A DNA stretch of 32,000 nucleotides from Dickeya solani IPO 2222 (GTDB taxonomy: Bacteria > Pseudomonadota > Gammaproteobacteria > Enterobacterales > Enterobacteriaceae), in assembly GCF_001644705.1 (NCBI RefSeq), contig NZ_CP015137.1:4620001-4652000 (forward strand), read 5' to 3'. The notes below the pieces were generated by a model, which saw nothing but the letters and a program-made list of their open reading frames with translations, was not told the origin of the DNA and searched no databases. Shown one piece after another: positions 1 to 11,906 of the stretch; the stretch's first letter is position 1, and each line of letters starts with the position of its first letter. Both the position numbers and the translations under genes were made by a program.

Positions 1-272
1 TGTCAAAGAAAAATGCCGAAGAGCGGCTGGCGGCGTTCATCTACAACCTGTCCCGCCGTTTCGCCCAGCGTGGCTTCTCGCCCCGCGAATTCCGCCTGAC
101 CATGACCCGTGGCGACATCGGCAACTATCTTGGCCTGACGGTGGAAACCATCAGTCGCCTGCTTGGCCGTTTCCAGAAAAGCGGCATGCTGGCGGTGAAA
201 GGCAAATACATCACGATCGAAAATATCGAAACGCTGGCCGAACTGGCTGGCACCTCGCGTAGCAAAGCGTAG
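1..272 (+). CDS. fnr: FNR global anaerobic regulator, C-terminal 89 codons (5' end outside window)
   Basis: Not in the ORF track because it has no start codon in the window. Frame 3 reads [74 protein letters not shown]..., matching my memory of the E. coli FNR HTH/C-terminus almost residue for residue. Stop TAG at 270-272. Confidence 0.9.
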   Translation, partial: SKKNAEERLAAFIYNLSRRFAQRGFSPREFRLTMTRGDIGNYLGLTVETISRLLGRFQKSGMLAVKGKYITIENIETLAELAGTSRSKA

Positions 273-286
273 CACCGCCTTCCCCT

Positions 287-324
287 GACCGGATCAATGA
301 TTGCTCTGAATTGTCGATCCGGTC
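287..324 (+). terminator. Hairpin downstream of fnr (tentative terminator)
   Basis: Perfect 9-bp inverted repeat gaccggatc (287-295) / gatccggtc (316-324) starting 15 nt after the fnr stop. The loop is long (20 nt) and the following T tract is poor, so this is tentative. Confidence 0.3.
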
Positions 325-405
325 TTCATCACCAGTTGTTCAAAGCGATTTCCTTGCGTTACTCTTAACGGGCAGGCTGCAGAGTGACAGCCAACAGGAG
401 GAGCT

Positions 406-1371
406 ATGGCGAAGTATCAGAACTTACTGGTAGCTATTGACCCCAATCAGGATGACCAGCCCGCGTTGCGACGGGCCGTTTATCTGGTCCAGCGACTTGG
501 TGGCCGTATCAAGGCGTTTTTGCCTATCTACGACTTTTCCTACGAAATGACCACCCTGCTATCTCCGGATGAAAGAACCGAGATGAGACAAGGGGTTATC
601 GCCCAACGAACCGAATGGATTGCGGAACAGTGTAAATACTATCTTGATGCGGGAATCGCTATTGATATCAAGGTGGTCTGGCATAACAAACCTTATGAAG
701 CCATTATTCAGGAGGTCATTGCCGGTAAACACGACTTATTGCTCAAAATGGCTCATCAGCACGACAGGCTGGAGGCGGTGATTTTCACCCCGACCGACTG
801 GCAGTTGTTGCGTAAATGCCCCTGCCCGGTCTGGATGGTGAAAGATCAGCCGTGGCCGGAAGACAGCCGTGCGCTGGTGGCGGTCAATCTGGCCAGCGAA
901 GACCCGTATCACGACCCGCTCAATATCAAACTGGTATCGGAAGCGCTGGATCTGGCTCGTCAGGTTAATCAGACCGAGGTCCATCTGGTGGGCGCCTATC
1001 CGGTCACGCCCATCAATATCGCCATCGAATTGCCGGATTTCGACCCCGGTGTTTACAACGGCGCCATTCGTGGTCAGCACCTGCTGGCGATGAAATCACT
1101 GCGACAGAAATTCAACCTGGACGAACGCGTTACTCATGTGGAGAAAGGATTGCCGGAAGAAGTCATTCCCGATCTGGCAGAACATTTGCAGGCTGGCGTG
1201 GTAGTGCTGGGATCGCTGGGGCGGACCGGTTTGTCCGCTGCGTTTATCGGCAACACAGTGGAACATGTCATTGACCACCTTAAGTGCGATCTGCTGGCTA
1301 TCAAGCCGGACGATTTCGCCTCTCCTGTGACCCAGCAGGAAGAAGCCGACAATCCGGATGAAAACGCCTGA
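406..1371 (+). CDS. uspE: Universal stress protein E (tandem Usp domains)
   Basis: 321-aa ORF with an AGGAGG RBS just upstream (aacaggaggagctATG). The sequence [30 protein letters not shown]..., the length and the position next to fnr all match enterobacterial UspE (YdaA). Confidence 0.9.
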   Translation: MAKYQNLLVAIDPNQDDQPALRRAVYLVQRLGGRIKAFLPIYDFSYEMTTLLSPDERTEMRQGVIAQRTEWIAEQCKYYLDAGIAIDIKVVWHNKPYEAIIQEVIAGKHDLLLKMAHQHDRLEAVIFTPTDWQLLRKCPCPVWMVKDQPWPEDSRALVAVNLASEDPYHDPLNIKLVSEALDLARQVNQTEVHLVGAYPVTPINIAIELPDFDPGVYNGAIRGQHLLAMKSLRQKFNLDERVTHVEKGLPEEVIPDLAEHLQAGVVVLGSLGRTGLSAAFIGNTVEHVIDHLKCDLLAIKPDDFASPVTQQEEADNPDENA

Positions 1372-1403
1372 CGGCTGCCGCTCGTCGCGCATACCACCAC
1401 ATA

Positions 1404-1431
1404 ACAACGGGGGCCAGACGGCCCCCGTTGT
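1404..1431. terminator. GC-rich hairpin between convergent uspE and pntB
   Basis: 12-bp perfect stem acaacgggggcc / ggcccccgttgt with a 4-nt loop (agac), lying between two convergent stop codons. The flanking U tracts are weak. Confidence 0.55.
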
Positions 1432-1467
1432 GTTCCTGCAGTCGACCGCCTTCTGGCGGGATCAGGC

Positions 1468-2856
1468 TTACAGCGCTTTCAGAATCGCCTCGACGCTTTC
1501 TTTGGCATCGCCAAACAGCATCTGGGTGTTTTCTTTGAAAAACAGCGGGTTCTGCACACCAGCATAGCCGGTATTCATCGAACGCTTGAACACAATAACG
1601 TTTTGCGCCTTCCACACTTCCAGCACCGGCATACCGGCAATCGGGCTATGCGGATCGTCCTGTGCCGCCGGGTTGACGGTATCGTTGGCGCCAATCACCA
1701 GTACGGTGTCGGTATCAACGAAATCATCATTGATTTCATCCATCTCCAGCACGATATCGTAAGGCACTTTGGCTTCCGCCAGCAGAACGTTCATATGTCC
1801 AGGCAAACGCCCGGCGACCGGGTGAATACCGAAACGCACATTAATGCCGCGAGCCCGCAGTTTGGCGGTAATGTCATGCACCGGATACTGTGCCTGCGCC
1901 ACCGCCATGCCGTACCCCGGCGTAATGATCACCGACGTAGAGTTTTTCAGCAGTTCCGCCACCTCTTCCGCCGTGGTTTCACGATGTTCGCCAACCGCTT
2001 CATCACTGCCAGTGGAGGAGCCGTCGGTACCGAAACCACCAGCAATGACGCTAATGAACGACCGATTCATCGCCTTGCACATGATGTACGACAGGATGGC
2101 GCCGGAAGAACCCACTAGCGCGCCGGTGACGATCAGCAGATCGTTGCTCAGCATGAAGCCAGCTGCCGCCGCAGCCCAACCGGAATAGGAGTTCAGCATG
2201 GAAACCACCACCGGCATGTCCGCGCCGCCGATAGACGCCACCAGATGCCAGCCAAACGCCAGCGCAATCAGCGTCATCAGCAACAGCGCAAACACCTGCA
2301 TTGCTACGCTGCCGGTTTTAACAAACACCAGCAACAGCAGGAATGACAATACCAGCGCCAGCAGATTCAGCTTATGACGGTTAGGCAGCATCAACGGTTT
2401 GGATGAGATCAGACCGCGTAGTTTGCCAAACGCGACGATCGAGCCGGTAAAGGTCACCGAACCGATGAAAATCCCCAGAAACACTTCGGTCAGATGGATA
2501 TTTTCCATGATCGGGTCAGCAATATCGCCTTCGCCGATAAAGCTGTTAAAGCCGACCAGCACCGCCGCCAGACCGACAAAGCTGTGCAGAATCGCCACCA
2601 GCTCCGGCATCTCGGTCATTTCCACCTTGCGAGCCAGATACACGCCGATAGTGCCGCCAATCACCATCGCCGCGATAATCCATCCCACGTTGCCGGCGTT
2701 CGGCCCCAGAATGGTCGCCAGCAGCGCAATGGTCATCCCGCTGATGCCGAAAATGTTCCCCTGACGGGACGTCTCGTGTTTGGATAAGCCAGCCAGGCTG
2801 AAAATAAACAAAATTGCAGCAACGATATACGCTGCCGTCACTAGTCCTCCAGACAT
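1468..2856 (-). CDS. pntB: NAD(P) transhydrogenase subunit beta
   Basis: 462-aa ORF, the same length as E. coli PntB. It has an N-terminal polytopic membrane region and a C-terminal NADP(H) domain (...[10 protein letters not shown]...[17 protein letters not shown]...). Confidence 0.97.
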   Translation of the reverse strand: MSGGLVTAAYIVAAILFIFSLAGLSKHETSRQGNIFGISGMTIALLATILGPNAGNVGWIIAAMVIGGTIGVYLARKVEMTEMPELVAILHSFVGLAAVLVGFNSFIGEGDIADPIMENIHLTEVFLGIFIGSVTFTGSIVAFGKLRGLISSKPLMLPNRHKLNLLALVLSFLLLLVFVKTGSVAMQVFALLLMTLIALAFGWHLVASIGGADMPVVVSMLNSYSGWAAAAAGFMLSNDLLIVTGALVGSSGAILSYIMCKAMNRSFISVIAGGFGTDGSSTGSDEAVGEHRETTAEEVAELLKNSTSVIITPGYGMAVAQAQYPVHDITAKLRARGINVRFGIHPVAGRLPGHMNVLLAEAKVPYDIVLEMDEINDDFVDTDTVLVIGANDTVNPAAQDDPHSPIAGMPVLEVWKAQNVIVFKRSMNTGYAGVQNPLFFKENTQMLFGDAKESVEAILKAL

Positions 2857-2866
2857 CCGTTACCCC

Positions 2867-4399
2867 TTAATTCTTGCGGAACATTTTCAGCATGCGCTGA
2901 GTGACGGTAAACCCGCCGAAAATATTGATGCTGGCGATCAGCACGGCGATGAAGGAGAAAAAGGACACCCATCCACCATGTCCGATCTGCAACAACGCGC
3001 CCACCACAATGATGCCGGAAATGGCATTGGTGACCGACATCAACGGCGTATGCAGCGCGTGGCTGACATTCCAGACCACGTAGTACCCCACCACGCAGGA
3101 CAGCGCGAATACGGTGAAGTGCGACAGGAACTCTTTCGGCGCCACATTCGCCAACCAGCCAAACAGCACAATAGCGATAGCGATGAAAATGAATTTTTTC
3201 CAGGGCGACGCGGGCGTAGCGTCCTTCTGCGCGACGGCCGCAGCGGCCGGTTTGGCCTGTTGTGGTTGAGCGGAGACCTGAATCGGCGGCGCTGGCCAAG
3301 TGATTTCGCCGGCCTTGATAACCGTTACGCCACGAATGACGGTATCCTCAAAATCGATATCGATCTCGCCGTTTTTCTCTTTGCACAGCAGCTTCAGCAG
3401 GTTCACCAGGTTGGTGCCATACAGTTGCGAAGACTGGGTCGGCAAACGGCTCGGCAGATCGGTATAACCGATGATTTTCACGCCATTTTCCGTTACCGTT
3501 ACCCGATCCGCGACGGTCAGTTCGCAGTTGCCGCCGGTCTGCGCCGCCAGGTCGACAATCACGCTGCCGGGTTTCATGCCCTGCACCATCTCTTTGGTGA
3601 TCAGACGTGGAGCCGGTTTGCCGGGAATCAGCGCCGTGGTGACAAGAATATCCACCTCTTGCGCCTGCGCCGCAAACAACGCCATTTCAGCCTTGATAAA
3701 GGCTTCGGACATCACCTTGGCGTAGCCGTCGCCGCTGCCGGCTTCTTCTTCGAATTCCAGTTCCAGGAACTCGGCGCCCATGCTTTTAACCTGTTCTTTC
3801 ACTTCCGGGCGGGTATCAAACGCACGCACAATGGCGCCCAGGCTGCCTGCCGCGCCAATCGCAGCCAGGCCGGCCACTCCAGCGCCGATAATCAGTACCT
3901 TGGCCGGCGGCACTTTACCTGCCGCCGTGATCTGACCGGTGAAGAAACGACCGAATTCATGCGCGGCTTCAACAATGGCGCGATAACCGGCAATATTCGC
4001 CATCGAACTCAGCGCATCCATGGACTGGGCACGCGAAATACGGGGAACGGAATCCATCGCCAGCACGGTTACCTGGCGCGCCGCCAGCGTTTCCAGCAAT
4101 GCCGGGTTCTGTGCCGGCCAGATGAAGCTGATAATCGTGCTGCCGGCACGGGTCCACTCCACTTCCTCATCCAGCGGGGCGTTAACCTTGAGCAGGATAT
4201 CGCTCTGCCAGACCGCCGCCGTATCCAGAATCGTCGCGCCGGCTTGCTCGTAAGCCTCATCCTCAAAACTGGCGAGCTTTCCAGCCCCACGCTCAATGGC
4301 GACCTCAAAGCCCAGTTTCAGCAGTTGCTCCACCGTTTTTGGCGTGGCTGCGACACGGGCTTCATTGGCCAACCTCTCTTTTGGTACACCAATACGCAT
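2867..4399 (-). CDS. pntA: NAD(P) transhydrogenase subunit alpha
   Basis: 510-aa ORF starting [31 protein letters not shown]..., with the Rossmann motif [20 protein letters not shown]. It lies 10 nt upstream of pntB in the same orientation. Confidence 0.97.
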   Translation of the reverse strand: MRIGVPKERLANEARVAATPKTVEQLLKLGFEVAIERGAGKLASFEDEAYEQAGATILDTAAVWQSDILLKVNAPLDEEVEWTRAGSTIISFIWPAQNPALLETLAARQVTVLAMDSVPRISRAQSMDALSSMANIAGYRAIVEAAHEFGRFFTGQITAAGKVPPAKVLIIGAGVAGLAAIGAAGSLGAIVRAFDTRPEVKEQVKSMGAEFLELEFEEEAGSGDGYAKVMSEAFIKAEMALFAAQAQEVDILVTTALIPGKPAPRLITKEMVQGMKPGSVIVDLAAQTGGNCELTVADRVTVTENGVKIIGYTDLPSRLPTQSSQLYGTNLVNLLKLLCKEKNGEIDIDFEDTVIRGVTVIKAGEITWPAPPIQVSAQPQQAKPAAAAVAQKDATPASPWKKFIFIAIAIVLFGWLANVAPKEFLSHFTVFALSCVVGYYVVWNVSHALHTPLMSVTNAISGIIVVGALLQIGHGGWVSFFSFIAVLIASINIFGGFTVTQRMLKMFRKN

Positions 4400-4908
4400 T
4401 GTGAATCCCTTTTCGTTGTCACGAAGGTTTTATATGGGTATGTCAATCACCTAAAAACTAACTTGTCGCCGTTGCCAGCACCCTCAGCGATAGCGATAAC
4501 TCCCTTTATAACCTACTTAAAATGGAATTAATGATCCACCGCTAAAACCATTAGGTTCTAAAAGCAGAATTTTGGCAGGTGACGATGCTTATTTGTGGTT
4601 AAAAATCACAGCTAAAACAGATTTTTCTACCATTATTACCATATCAGTGTTTCGAGCCATCTCACAAAAAGGCCCTGTTAACGCTTTGTTAAGCACACTA
4701 AGCCTGATAAATATCGTTTATAAAAGGAATTCGGTTATTAATTGTGATTATTTCCATTTTTCTCTTCTTCCTGTATTAACGCAGCGGTTTTGCGGGATTT
4801 GGCTTAAAATGCAGAGGCATAACGTCAGGTTCCATGCCATAATCAGCGGCTACCACAGAAGATGGCTTGGTACGTATTCACCGTATGCGTCAGGCGAAAG
4901 GATTTTTT

Positions 4909-5859
4909 ATGAAGCTGAAAACTAGCGTTGTTGCATCAACTCTTTTATCAATAGTAGCGTTTTCGGCGCAGGCTGCGCAGGAACTTACGCCAGAGAAAGC
5001 AGAATCACTAAAACCCTTTGAGCGTATTACCTTTTTAGGTCGTTACGATGCCATTTACGAAGCAGCGACCGATGCCTCTAAAAAGGCGGATGAACGTGGC
5101 GCCGCGGCTTTTTATATTCAAAGCACCTCGGAAGTGAATGGTGGGCGCTGGGCCGTCACCGTGGATCTGTACCACAAGGACGCGCCGGAAGCGACCAAAG
5201 ACACCAACTACCGTGAATTCAGCGGCGTGAAAGAACTACCGAAAGATGACGCGGTACGCCTGGAACCCTATGATACGGTCACCGTCACCGGTTATTTTGG
5301 CAACCAGCCGGAAGTGAATGAAGCTATCGGCAAAGCCGCCAAACAGAAAAACGCGTATTCCTTCTATATCGCGCGTCAGGTCGATATCAACTCCAGCGGC
5401 GCAACCCAGTCCATCACCGCTTTCGTCTACAAGAAAGATGCGGCGAAACGTCAGGTGCAAAGCCCGGACGCCATTCCGGCAGACTCGGAAGCTGGCAAAG
5501 CAGCGATTGCCGCTGGCGGCGCAGCAGCCTCCAAAGTGGAAATCCCCGGCGTGGCGACGTCTTCCAGTCTGAGCGACAAGGTCGGCAACTTCTTCCAGAC
5601 TCAGTCTTCGTCGGTTGGATCACGTTACAGCGTCACGATGTCTAATGGCACGAAAATTCAGGAGCTGAATAACGCGACAGCGGCACAGATGGCGCCGTTT
5701 GATTCCATCACTTTCCGCGGCAGCTTCAACAGCCCGACTGATATCTCTGAAGAGGTAGCGAAGCGGGCGGCGAAAAAAGGCGCTAAGTTCTACCACATCA
5801 CCAAAGAGTGGCAGGAAAACGGCGATCATTACACCATCGGCGCCGATTTGTACAAATAA
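4909..5859 (+). CDS. ydgH: YdgH-like periplasmic protein with three DUF1471 (YdgH/BhsA/McbA-type) repeats
   Basis: The ORF-track frame opens at 4867, but I place the start at ATG 4909. That start is preceded by gaaagga and followed by a signal peptide, MKLKTSVVASTLLSIVAFSAQA. This gives 316 aa against about 314 aa in E. coli, with repeated FYI/FYH...DLYK-type DUF1471 modules. The gene is adjacent to pntA as in E. coli. Confidence 0.85.
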   Translation: MKLKTSVVASTLLSIVAFSAQAAQELTPEKAESLKPFERITFLGRYDAIYEAATDASKKADERGAAAFYIQSTSEVNGGRWAVTVDLYHKDAPEATKDTNYREFSGVKELPKDDAVRLEPYDTVTVTGYFGNQPEVNEAIGKAAKQKNAYSFYIARQVDINSSGATQSITAFVYKKDAAKRQVQSPDAIPADSEAGKAAIAAGGAAASKVEIPGVATSSSLSDKVGNFFQTQSSSVGSRYSVTMSNGTKIQELNNATAAQMAPFDSITFRGSFNSPTDISEEVAKRAAKKGAKFYHITKEWQENGDHYTIGADLYK

Positions 5860-5892
5860 CCGTTTTGTACAAATAATCGTTGCACGATGCAT

Positions 5893-5920
5893 AAAAAAAC
5901 CGCCTGTTGGCGGTTTTTTT
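5893..5920. terminator. Bidirectional rho-independent terminator (ydgH / kdsA)
   Basis: The sequence aaaaaaaccgcc-tgtt-ggcggttttttt is a stem-loop flanked by an A run and a T run, so it can terminate transcription on both strands. It lies between the convergent ydgH and kdsA stops. Confidence 0.8.
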
Positions 5921-5935
5921 ATATCTGCGAATAAA

Positions 5936-6799
<864 letters not shown>

Positions 6800-6846
6800 T
6801 TATTGTCGGATAAATCAGATAGTCGGGGGTCAGGCTCTTTACCGAA

Positions 6847-7656
6847 CTAGTGCAGCACAATCTGCTTCTGCTCGATGGAGTGAATCTGCACCTTGATCAT
6901 TTCGCTGACCGGATCTTCCGGGCATTGTTCCACGAAATAGCTCAGATCTGACAAGGCGATATGGTCGCAATCCAGTTGTGCGTAAATCAGGCCACGGTCA
7001 CGGATTTCATACGGATCTTCCGGATCGAACTGCAACACGGCTTCACTGGTGCGCAGCGCCAGCTCCATCTGTTTCTCTTCCATCAGCGCGACCTTGAGCG
7101 TATCCAGCAGCTTGCGGACAATCATCACGTTTTCCGCTTCATCCAGATCGCTGTCCATCAGCCTGGCGGAGAGACCAATGTTGCCTTTTAGCCACACTTC
7201 CAGCACGTGTTCGCTCAGCGTGTCGCCGTTCAGCGGATTAATCAGCCATATTTCATCGTCGAGCCAGTCGGCGCGTAAAATTAACTGGGTCGGGAAAATC
7301 ACCGGCATCAGCGGAAGCCCCAGCTGATTGGCAATATGCAGAAAGATAATTCCCAACGACACCGGCATCCCCTGACGGGTCGCCAGCACATTGTCCAGCC
7401 ACAGTACGTCGGACAAATGATAAACGCCGCTGGCGCCGCCAAAGCCCCAGGTATGGAAAAAGAGCTCAATGAGCTGTTCCAGCTGTTGATCCTGATCCAG
7501 ATCGGCGGAGATGGTCGTCCGCGCTTCTTCAACGAGTTGTTGCAGATTTTGTCTCACTTCCTGCGCGGAAAAATCGCGGCGTATTGACTGGGAAACCAGA
7601 ATCACGCCTTCACTTAAGGGTGACTGGTTAAATTCAAAATCAGCAATAGAACTCAT
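6847..7656 (-). CDS. sirB1: SirB1 (YchA) family protein, transglutaminase-like/TPR
   Basis: The ORF-track frame opens at 7728. Alignment from memory to E. coli YchA (269 aa, MGTLADFEFN...) places the start at ATG 7656 (MSSIADFEFNQSPL...), which gives 269 aa. The C-terminus ...YFVEQCPEDPVSEMIKVQI... is conserved. Confidence 0.8.
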   Translation of the reverse strand: MSSIADFEFNQSPLSEGVILVSQSIRRDFSAQEVRQNLQQLVEEARTTISADLDQDQQLEQLIELFFHTWGFGGASGVYHLSDVLWLDNVLATRQGMPVSLGIIFLHIANQLGLPLMPVIFPTQLILRADWLDDEIWLINPLNGDTLSEHVLEVWLKGNIGLSARLMDSDLDEAENVMIVRKLLDTLKVALMEEKQMELALRTSEAVLQFDPEDPYEIRDRGLIYAQLDCDHIALSDLSYFVEQCPEDPVSEMIKVQIHSIEQKQIVLH

Positions 7657-7846
7657 AGTTATTCCATCAAGCAAAGATAACGTCAGCTGCACGCCTGAAA
7701 AAGCAAACTTCTCTATCAGCCCATGCATGCCTTGCGGGCGCTGAAGCCAGCGGATCAGATAATAATGCCAAACCTGGCGCTCGTCAGCAGGTCTGTCCAG
7801 AACGACAAGCGATAATCATGGCTAATCATTACCAATGTGATCCTGC

Positions 7847-8686
7847 TCAAGCCCCGACGGGCCATTGCCCCAGCGTCACCCGCTCATTATCGCCATAATC
7901 GCGGCAGGTTTTCACCTGCACAAAACCGTACTGCGTCAGTAATGACCGTACCGCATCGCCTTGCTGCCAGCCGTGTTCCAGCAGCAACCAGCCGTTATCC
8001 AGCAAAAATGCCCCCGCCTGCCGGATAATCTGCCGCAAATCGGCCAGCCCCGCCTCTCCCGCCACCAGCGCGCTGGCAGGCTCGAAACGCACATCGCCAC
8101 ACGACAGGTGCGGGTCATGCTCGTCAATGTACGGCGGATTGCTGACAATCAGAGAGAAACGTTGCTCATCCAGCGGCGAAAACCAGTCTCCCGGCAAAAA
8201 CCGGGCGTTGGCGATCCCCAACTGGCTGGCATTATGACTGGCCAGCGCCACCGCATCACGCTGACGATCAATGCCCACGACCTGACAATCCGGCCGCTCA
8301 TGCGCAATCGCCAATGCAATCGCTCCGGTGCCGGTGCCCAAATCCAGCACCGATGCCGCGCAAGCAGGCAAATGCGCCAGCGCGTGTTCAACCAAACATT
8401 CGGTATCCGGACGCGGGATCAACGTCGCAGGCGATACGGCCAGCGGCAGCGACCAGAACTCCCGGTGCCCGACCAGGTAGGCAATCGGTTCGCCGACGAC
8501 GCGCCGCGCCAGCAAGGCTTCAAGTGCCGAGCCCTCGCCATCGGTCAACTCGGTTTCACCAAAAGCCAGCAGAAACGTGCGACGTTTGCCGGTCACATGT
8601 TCCAGCAGGATCTCGGCGTCTCGCTTCGGGCTGTCGCTTGCCTGCAGCTGGGCTGCCGCCTGTTTCAGCCAGTCATGATAATTCAT
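7847..8686 (-). CDS. prmC: Release factor glutamine N5-methyltransferase
   Basis: 279 aa with the SAM-binding motif [14 protein letters not shown] and the catalytic NPPY motif ([12 protein letters not shown]). The start overlaps the prfA stop by 4 nt (ATGA), the classic prfA-prmC coupling. Confidence 0.95.
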   Translation of the reverse strand: MNYHDWLKQAAAQLQASDSPKRDAEILLEHVTGKRRTFLLAFGETELTDGEGSALEALLARRVVGEPIAYLVGHREFWSLPLAVSPATLIPRPDTECLVEHALAHLPACAASVLDLGTGTGAIALAIAHERPDCQVVGIDRQRDAVALASHNASQLGIANARFLPGDWFSPLDEQRFSLIVSNPPYIDEHDPHLSCGDVRFEPASALVAGEAGLADLRQIIRQAGAFLLDNGWLLLEHGWQQGDAVRSLLTQYGFVQVKTCRDYGDNERVTLGQWPVGA

Positions 8687-9768
8687 TGATCCTGCTCGGC
8701 CAGCGCCGCCAGTTGATCCGCCTGATATTCCTGCACGATAGGCTGAATCAACATATCCAGTTTGCCTTCCATCGCTTCGTCCAGCCGATACAGCGTCAGG
8801 TTGATGCGGTGATCGGTCACCCTTCCCTGTGGAAAGTTGTAGGTGCGGATACGGTCGGAACGATCGCCGCTGCCCAACAAATTACGCCGGGTCGAGGCTT
8901 CTTCCTGCTGACGCTTTTGCATTTCCGCGGCGCGAATGCGAGCACCCAGCACCGACAACGCTTTGGCTTTGTTCTTGTGCTGTGAACGCTCATCCTGACA
9001 CTCCACCACAATGCCGGTCGGCAGATGGGTGATACGGATAGCGGAATCGGTGGTATTGACGTGCTGCCCACCCGCGCCGGAGGAGCGGAAGGTATCGATT
9101 CTCAGATCGGCAGGGTTGATATCCGGCAGTTCCGCTTCCGGTACTGCCGGCATCACCGCTACGGTGCAAGCGGAGGTATGGATACGCCCCTGCGACTCGG
9201 TGGCCGGCACTCTCTGCACCCGGTGACCACCGGACTCGAATTTCAACTGGCCGTAAGCGCCATCGCCCGCCACCTTGGCGATCATCTCTTTATAACCGCC
9301 GTGTTCGCCGTCGTTTGTACTCATGATTTCAATCTTCCAACGGCGGGATTCGGCATAACGGCTGTACATACGGAACAGATCGCCGGCAAACAGCGCGGCT
9401 TCATCACCGCCGGTGCCGGCGCGAATTTCGAGGAAACAGCCGCGTTCGTCATCCGGATCCTTCGGCAGCAACAGCACCTGCAGTTGCTGTTCCAGTTCTT
9501 CGCTGGCCGCTTTGGCCATTTTCAGTTCGTCCTGCGCCAAATCGCGCATTTCGGGGTCATCCAGCATCAGTTCGGCCGTAGCGAGATCATCCTGCGTCTG
9601 CTGCCAGCGCTGAAAGCAACGGGTAATGTCGGTAAGTTGCGCGTACTCGCGGGACAACGCCCGGAAACGGTCCATATCGGCAATCACGCTGGGCTCTCCC
9701 AACAGCGCCTGCACTTCTTCATGGCGCTCTTGTAACGCTTCCAGTTTGGCAACAATAGAAGGCTTCAT
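8683..9768 (-). CDS. prfA: Peptide chain release factor 1
   Basis: 361 aa with the GGQ motif ([14 protein letters not shown]) and the PxT-type anticodon loop region ([14 protein letters not shown]). Confidence 0.97.
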   Translation of the reverse strand: MKPSIVAKLEALQERHEEVQALLGEPSVIADMDRFRALSREYAQLTDITRCFQRWQQTQDDLATAELMLDDPEMRDLAQDELKMAKAASEELEQQLQVLLLPKDPDDERGCFLEIRAGTGGDEAALFAGDLFRMYSRYAESRRWKIEIMSTNDGEHGGYKEMIAKVAGDGAYGQLKFESGGHRVQRVPATESQGRIHTSACTVAVMPAVPEAELPDINPADLRIDTFRSSGAGGQHVNTTDSAIRITHLPTGIVVECQDERSQHKNKAKALSVLGARIRAAEMQKRQQEEASTRRNLLGSGDRSDRIRTYNFPQGRVTDHRINLTLYRLDEAMEGKLDMLIQPIVQEYQADQLAALAEQDQ

Positions 9769-9815
9769 GCGGGCAGTTCAATCCTGTGTTGAATCATTAT
9801 GGGGGAAGAAGAATG

Positions 9816-11072
9816 CTAGTTCAGGCCGAGGCTGTCACGCAAAATCTGCAAACGATCCAGATCGCCGTCGCGGGCGGCCTGTTGCAATGAACGGGTGGGA
9901 GCATGAATCAGGCGATTGGTCAGCCGGTGCGCCAGTTCCTGCACGACGGCATCCACATCGCCGCCATTCTGTATCGCCGCCAACGCTTTGGCGGTCATGT
10001 CCTCACGCAGGCGGTCGGCCTGAGAACGATAGTCGCGGATGGTGTCCACCGCCGCCTGCGCGCGCAGCCAGGCCATAAATTCCGAGCACTCCTGCTGCAC
10101 GATGGACTCAGCCTGAATGGCCGCGGCCTTTCGCTGCGCCAGATTATGCTGAATGATGGCCTGCAGATCATCGACGCTATACAGATAAATGTTCGGTAAT
10201 CGCCCTACTTCAGGTTCGATATCGCGCGGTACGGCGATGTCCACCATCAGCATCGGCTGATTGCGGCGGGTTTTCATCGTACGCTCCATCATCCCTTTGC
10301 CGATGATGGGCAACGTACTGGCGGTAGAACTGATGACGATGTCCGCCTGCGGCAAATAAGCATCCAGCTCCGCCAACGTAATCACGTCGGCGCCCACTTC
10401 TTCGGCCAGCACCTGAGCGCGCTCGCGCGTCCGGTTGGCAATCACCATCCGTTTCACGCGGTGCTCGCGCAAATGGCGGGATACCAGTTCGATGGTTTCA
10501 CCTGCGCCCACCAGCAGGACATTGACGTCAGCCAGCGATTCGAAAATCTGACGCGCCAGCGTACAGGCGGCAAACGCCACCGACACCGCGCTGGCGCCGA
10601 TATCAGTTTCGGTGCGCACCCGTTTAGCGACGGTAAACGACTTCTGGAACATGCGCTCCAGATCGCCCGACAGCGAACGTTCGCGCTGAGAGTCGGCGAA
10701 GGCTTTTTTAACCTGCCCCAGAATCTGGGGTTCGCCCAGCACCAACGAATCCAGTCCGCTGGCAACTCGCATCAGATGGCTAACCGCGGCGTTGCCTTCG
10801 TGCCAGTAGAGGTTTTTGCGGATGTCATCAGGACTGAGCCGGTGATAATCACACAACCAGGCGATCAGCTGTTCGCGCCGATTTTCCTGCTCTTCCACGC
10901 TGAGATAAAGTTCGGTGCGGTTACAGGTGGAAAGCAACACCCCCCCCTGTACCAACGGTTGCTGTAACAGACTGTGCAGCGCCTGCCCCTGTCTGTCCGC
11001 AGAGAACGCCACGCGCTCCCGCAGAGAGACGGGTGCTGTTTTATGATTGATGCCAAGCGCAAGCAGGGTCAT
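9816..11072 (-). CDS. hemA: Glutamyl-tRNA reductase
   Basis: 418 aa, the same length as E. coli HemA. It starts [23 protein letters not shown] and carries the catalytic-Cys context [10 protein letters not shown] and the NADPH motif [12 protein letters not shown]. Confidence 0.97.
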   Translation of the reverse strand: MTLLALGINHKTAPVSLRERVAFSADRQGQALHSLLQQPLVQGGVLLSTCNRTELYLSVEEQENRREQLIAWLCDYHRLSPDDIRKNLYWHEGNAAVSHLMRVASGLDSLVLGEPQILGQVKKAFADSQRERSLSGDLERMFQKSFTVAKRVRTETDIGASAVSVAFAACTLARQIFESLADVNVLLVGAGETIELVSRHLREHRVKRMVIANRTRERAQVLAEEVGADVITLAELDAYLPQADIVISSTASTLPIIGKGMMERTMKTRRNQPMLMVDIAVPRDIEPEVGRLPNIYLYSVDDLQAIIQHNLAQRKAAAIQAESIVQQECSEFMAWLRAQAAVDTIRDYRSQADRLREDMTAKALAAIQNGGDVDAVVQELAHRLTNRLIHAPTRSLQQAARDGDLDRLQILRDSLGLN

Positions 11073-11282
11073 GGTTTACAGAGTAATCCCGGTGTTAGTA
11101 TGGGTTTCATCTGAGGGGCATTCTACTTGAAGCCTGCGGGCAAGAAAAGTGACCCTGGGCGACCGCGTTCACGTTGTCGCCACCGAGCCGGGCAGCATCA
11201 CAGACATTGACGCTGCCAGCCAACCCCGCTAGCGTGACGCCTTGTTGTGAACCCATGATGCTTGTAACAGGACCTTTTCGAC

Positions 11283-11903
11283 ATGCCCAATAATCCCATT
11301 CGCGCCTTACGGTTACTGCCTTTGGCGAGTGTGTTACTGACAGCCTGTACCCTGACGCAACCCACCTTGCCGGGTAAAAAACCGACCTCTCCTGAGTGGC
11401 GCGAGCATGAGCAAAAAGTACAAAATCTGAGCCACTATCAGACCCGCGGCTCATTCGCCTATATTTCCGATAGGAAAAAACTGTACGCCCGTTTCTTCTG
11501 GCAGCAATTCTCGCCGCAGCGTTACCGTTTGCTGCTGACCAGCCCGCTGGGCAGCACCGAACTGGAACTGCAAGCCAGCACGGACAGCGTTCAGATCACC
11601 GACGGCCAGGGCAAACGCTACGTGGGTAAAGACGCGCAATACATGGTTCAGCAGTTAACCGGCATGGCTATCCCGCTCGATAATTTGCGCCAGTGGATGC
11701 TCGGTCTGCCGGGTGACGCACAGGATTTTGCACTGGATGAGCACGCGCTGCTGCGCAGCGTAAACTATCAGCAGGGCGACCAGCACTGGAGCGTGTCTTA
11801 TCAGTCCTATACCGATGGCCCGCTGCCGTTGCCGCAAAGCCTGGAACTGACGCAGGGCGAGCAGCGCATCAAACTGAAAATGGATAACTGGACGACGCAA
11901 TAA
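11283..11903 (+). CDS. lolB: Outer-membrane lipoprotein LolB
   Basis: 206 aa with a lipobox (LLTAC) in the N-terminal signal sequence. It is divergent from hemA and immediately upstream of ispE, as in enterobacteria. Confidence 0.9.
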   Translation: MPNNPIRALRLLPLASVLLTACTLTQPTLPGKKPTSPEWREHEQKVQNLSHYQTRGSFAYISDRKKLYARFFWQQFSPQRYRLLLTSPLGSTELELQASTDSVQITDGQGKRYVGKDAQYMVQQLTGMAIPLDNLRQWMLGLPGDAQDFALDEHALLRSVNYQQGDQHWSVSYQSYTDGPLPLPQSLELTQGEQRIKLKMDNWTTQ

Positions 11904-11906
11904 ATC

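Noticed and set aside
2780-4531. 583-aa ORF on the plus strand, the second-longest ORF in the track
   Set aside because: It lies entirely antisense to pntA, a highly conserved gene with unmistakable homology. Its translation is R/H/G/Q-rich low-complexity sequence typical of a shadow ORF in GC-rich coding DNA, and it has no RBS.
4594-4610. TGTGG-N7-TCACA palindrome resembling a CRP site upstream of pntA/ydgH
   Set aside because: The half-site spacing is 7 rather than the canonical 6, and one half-site is imperfect. It cannot be distinguished from chance in AT-rich DNA without a PWM scan.
4572-4925. 117-aa ORF in the pntA-ydgH intergenic region
   Set aside because: It is AT-rich with no RBS, it starts with a non-ATG codon and it overlaps the ydgH start region. 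Its sequence resembles no family I recognise. The region is more likely the divergent promoter region of pntA and ydgH.
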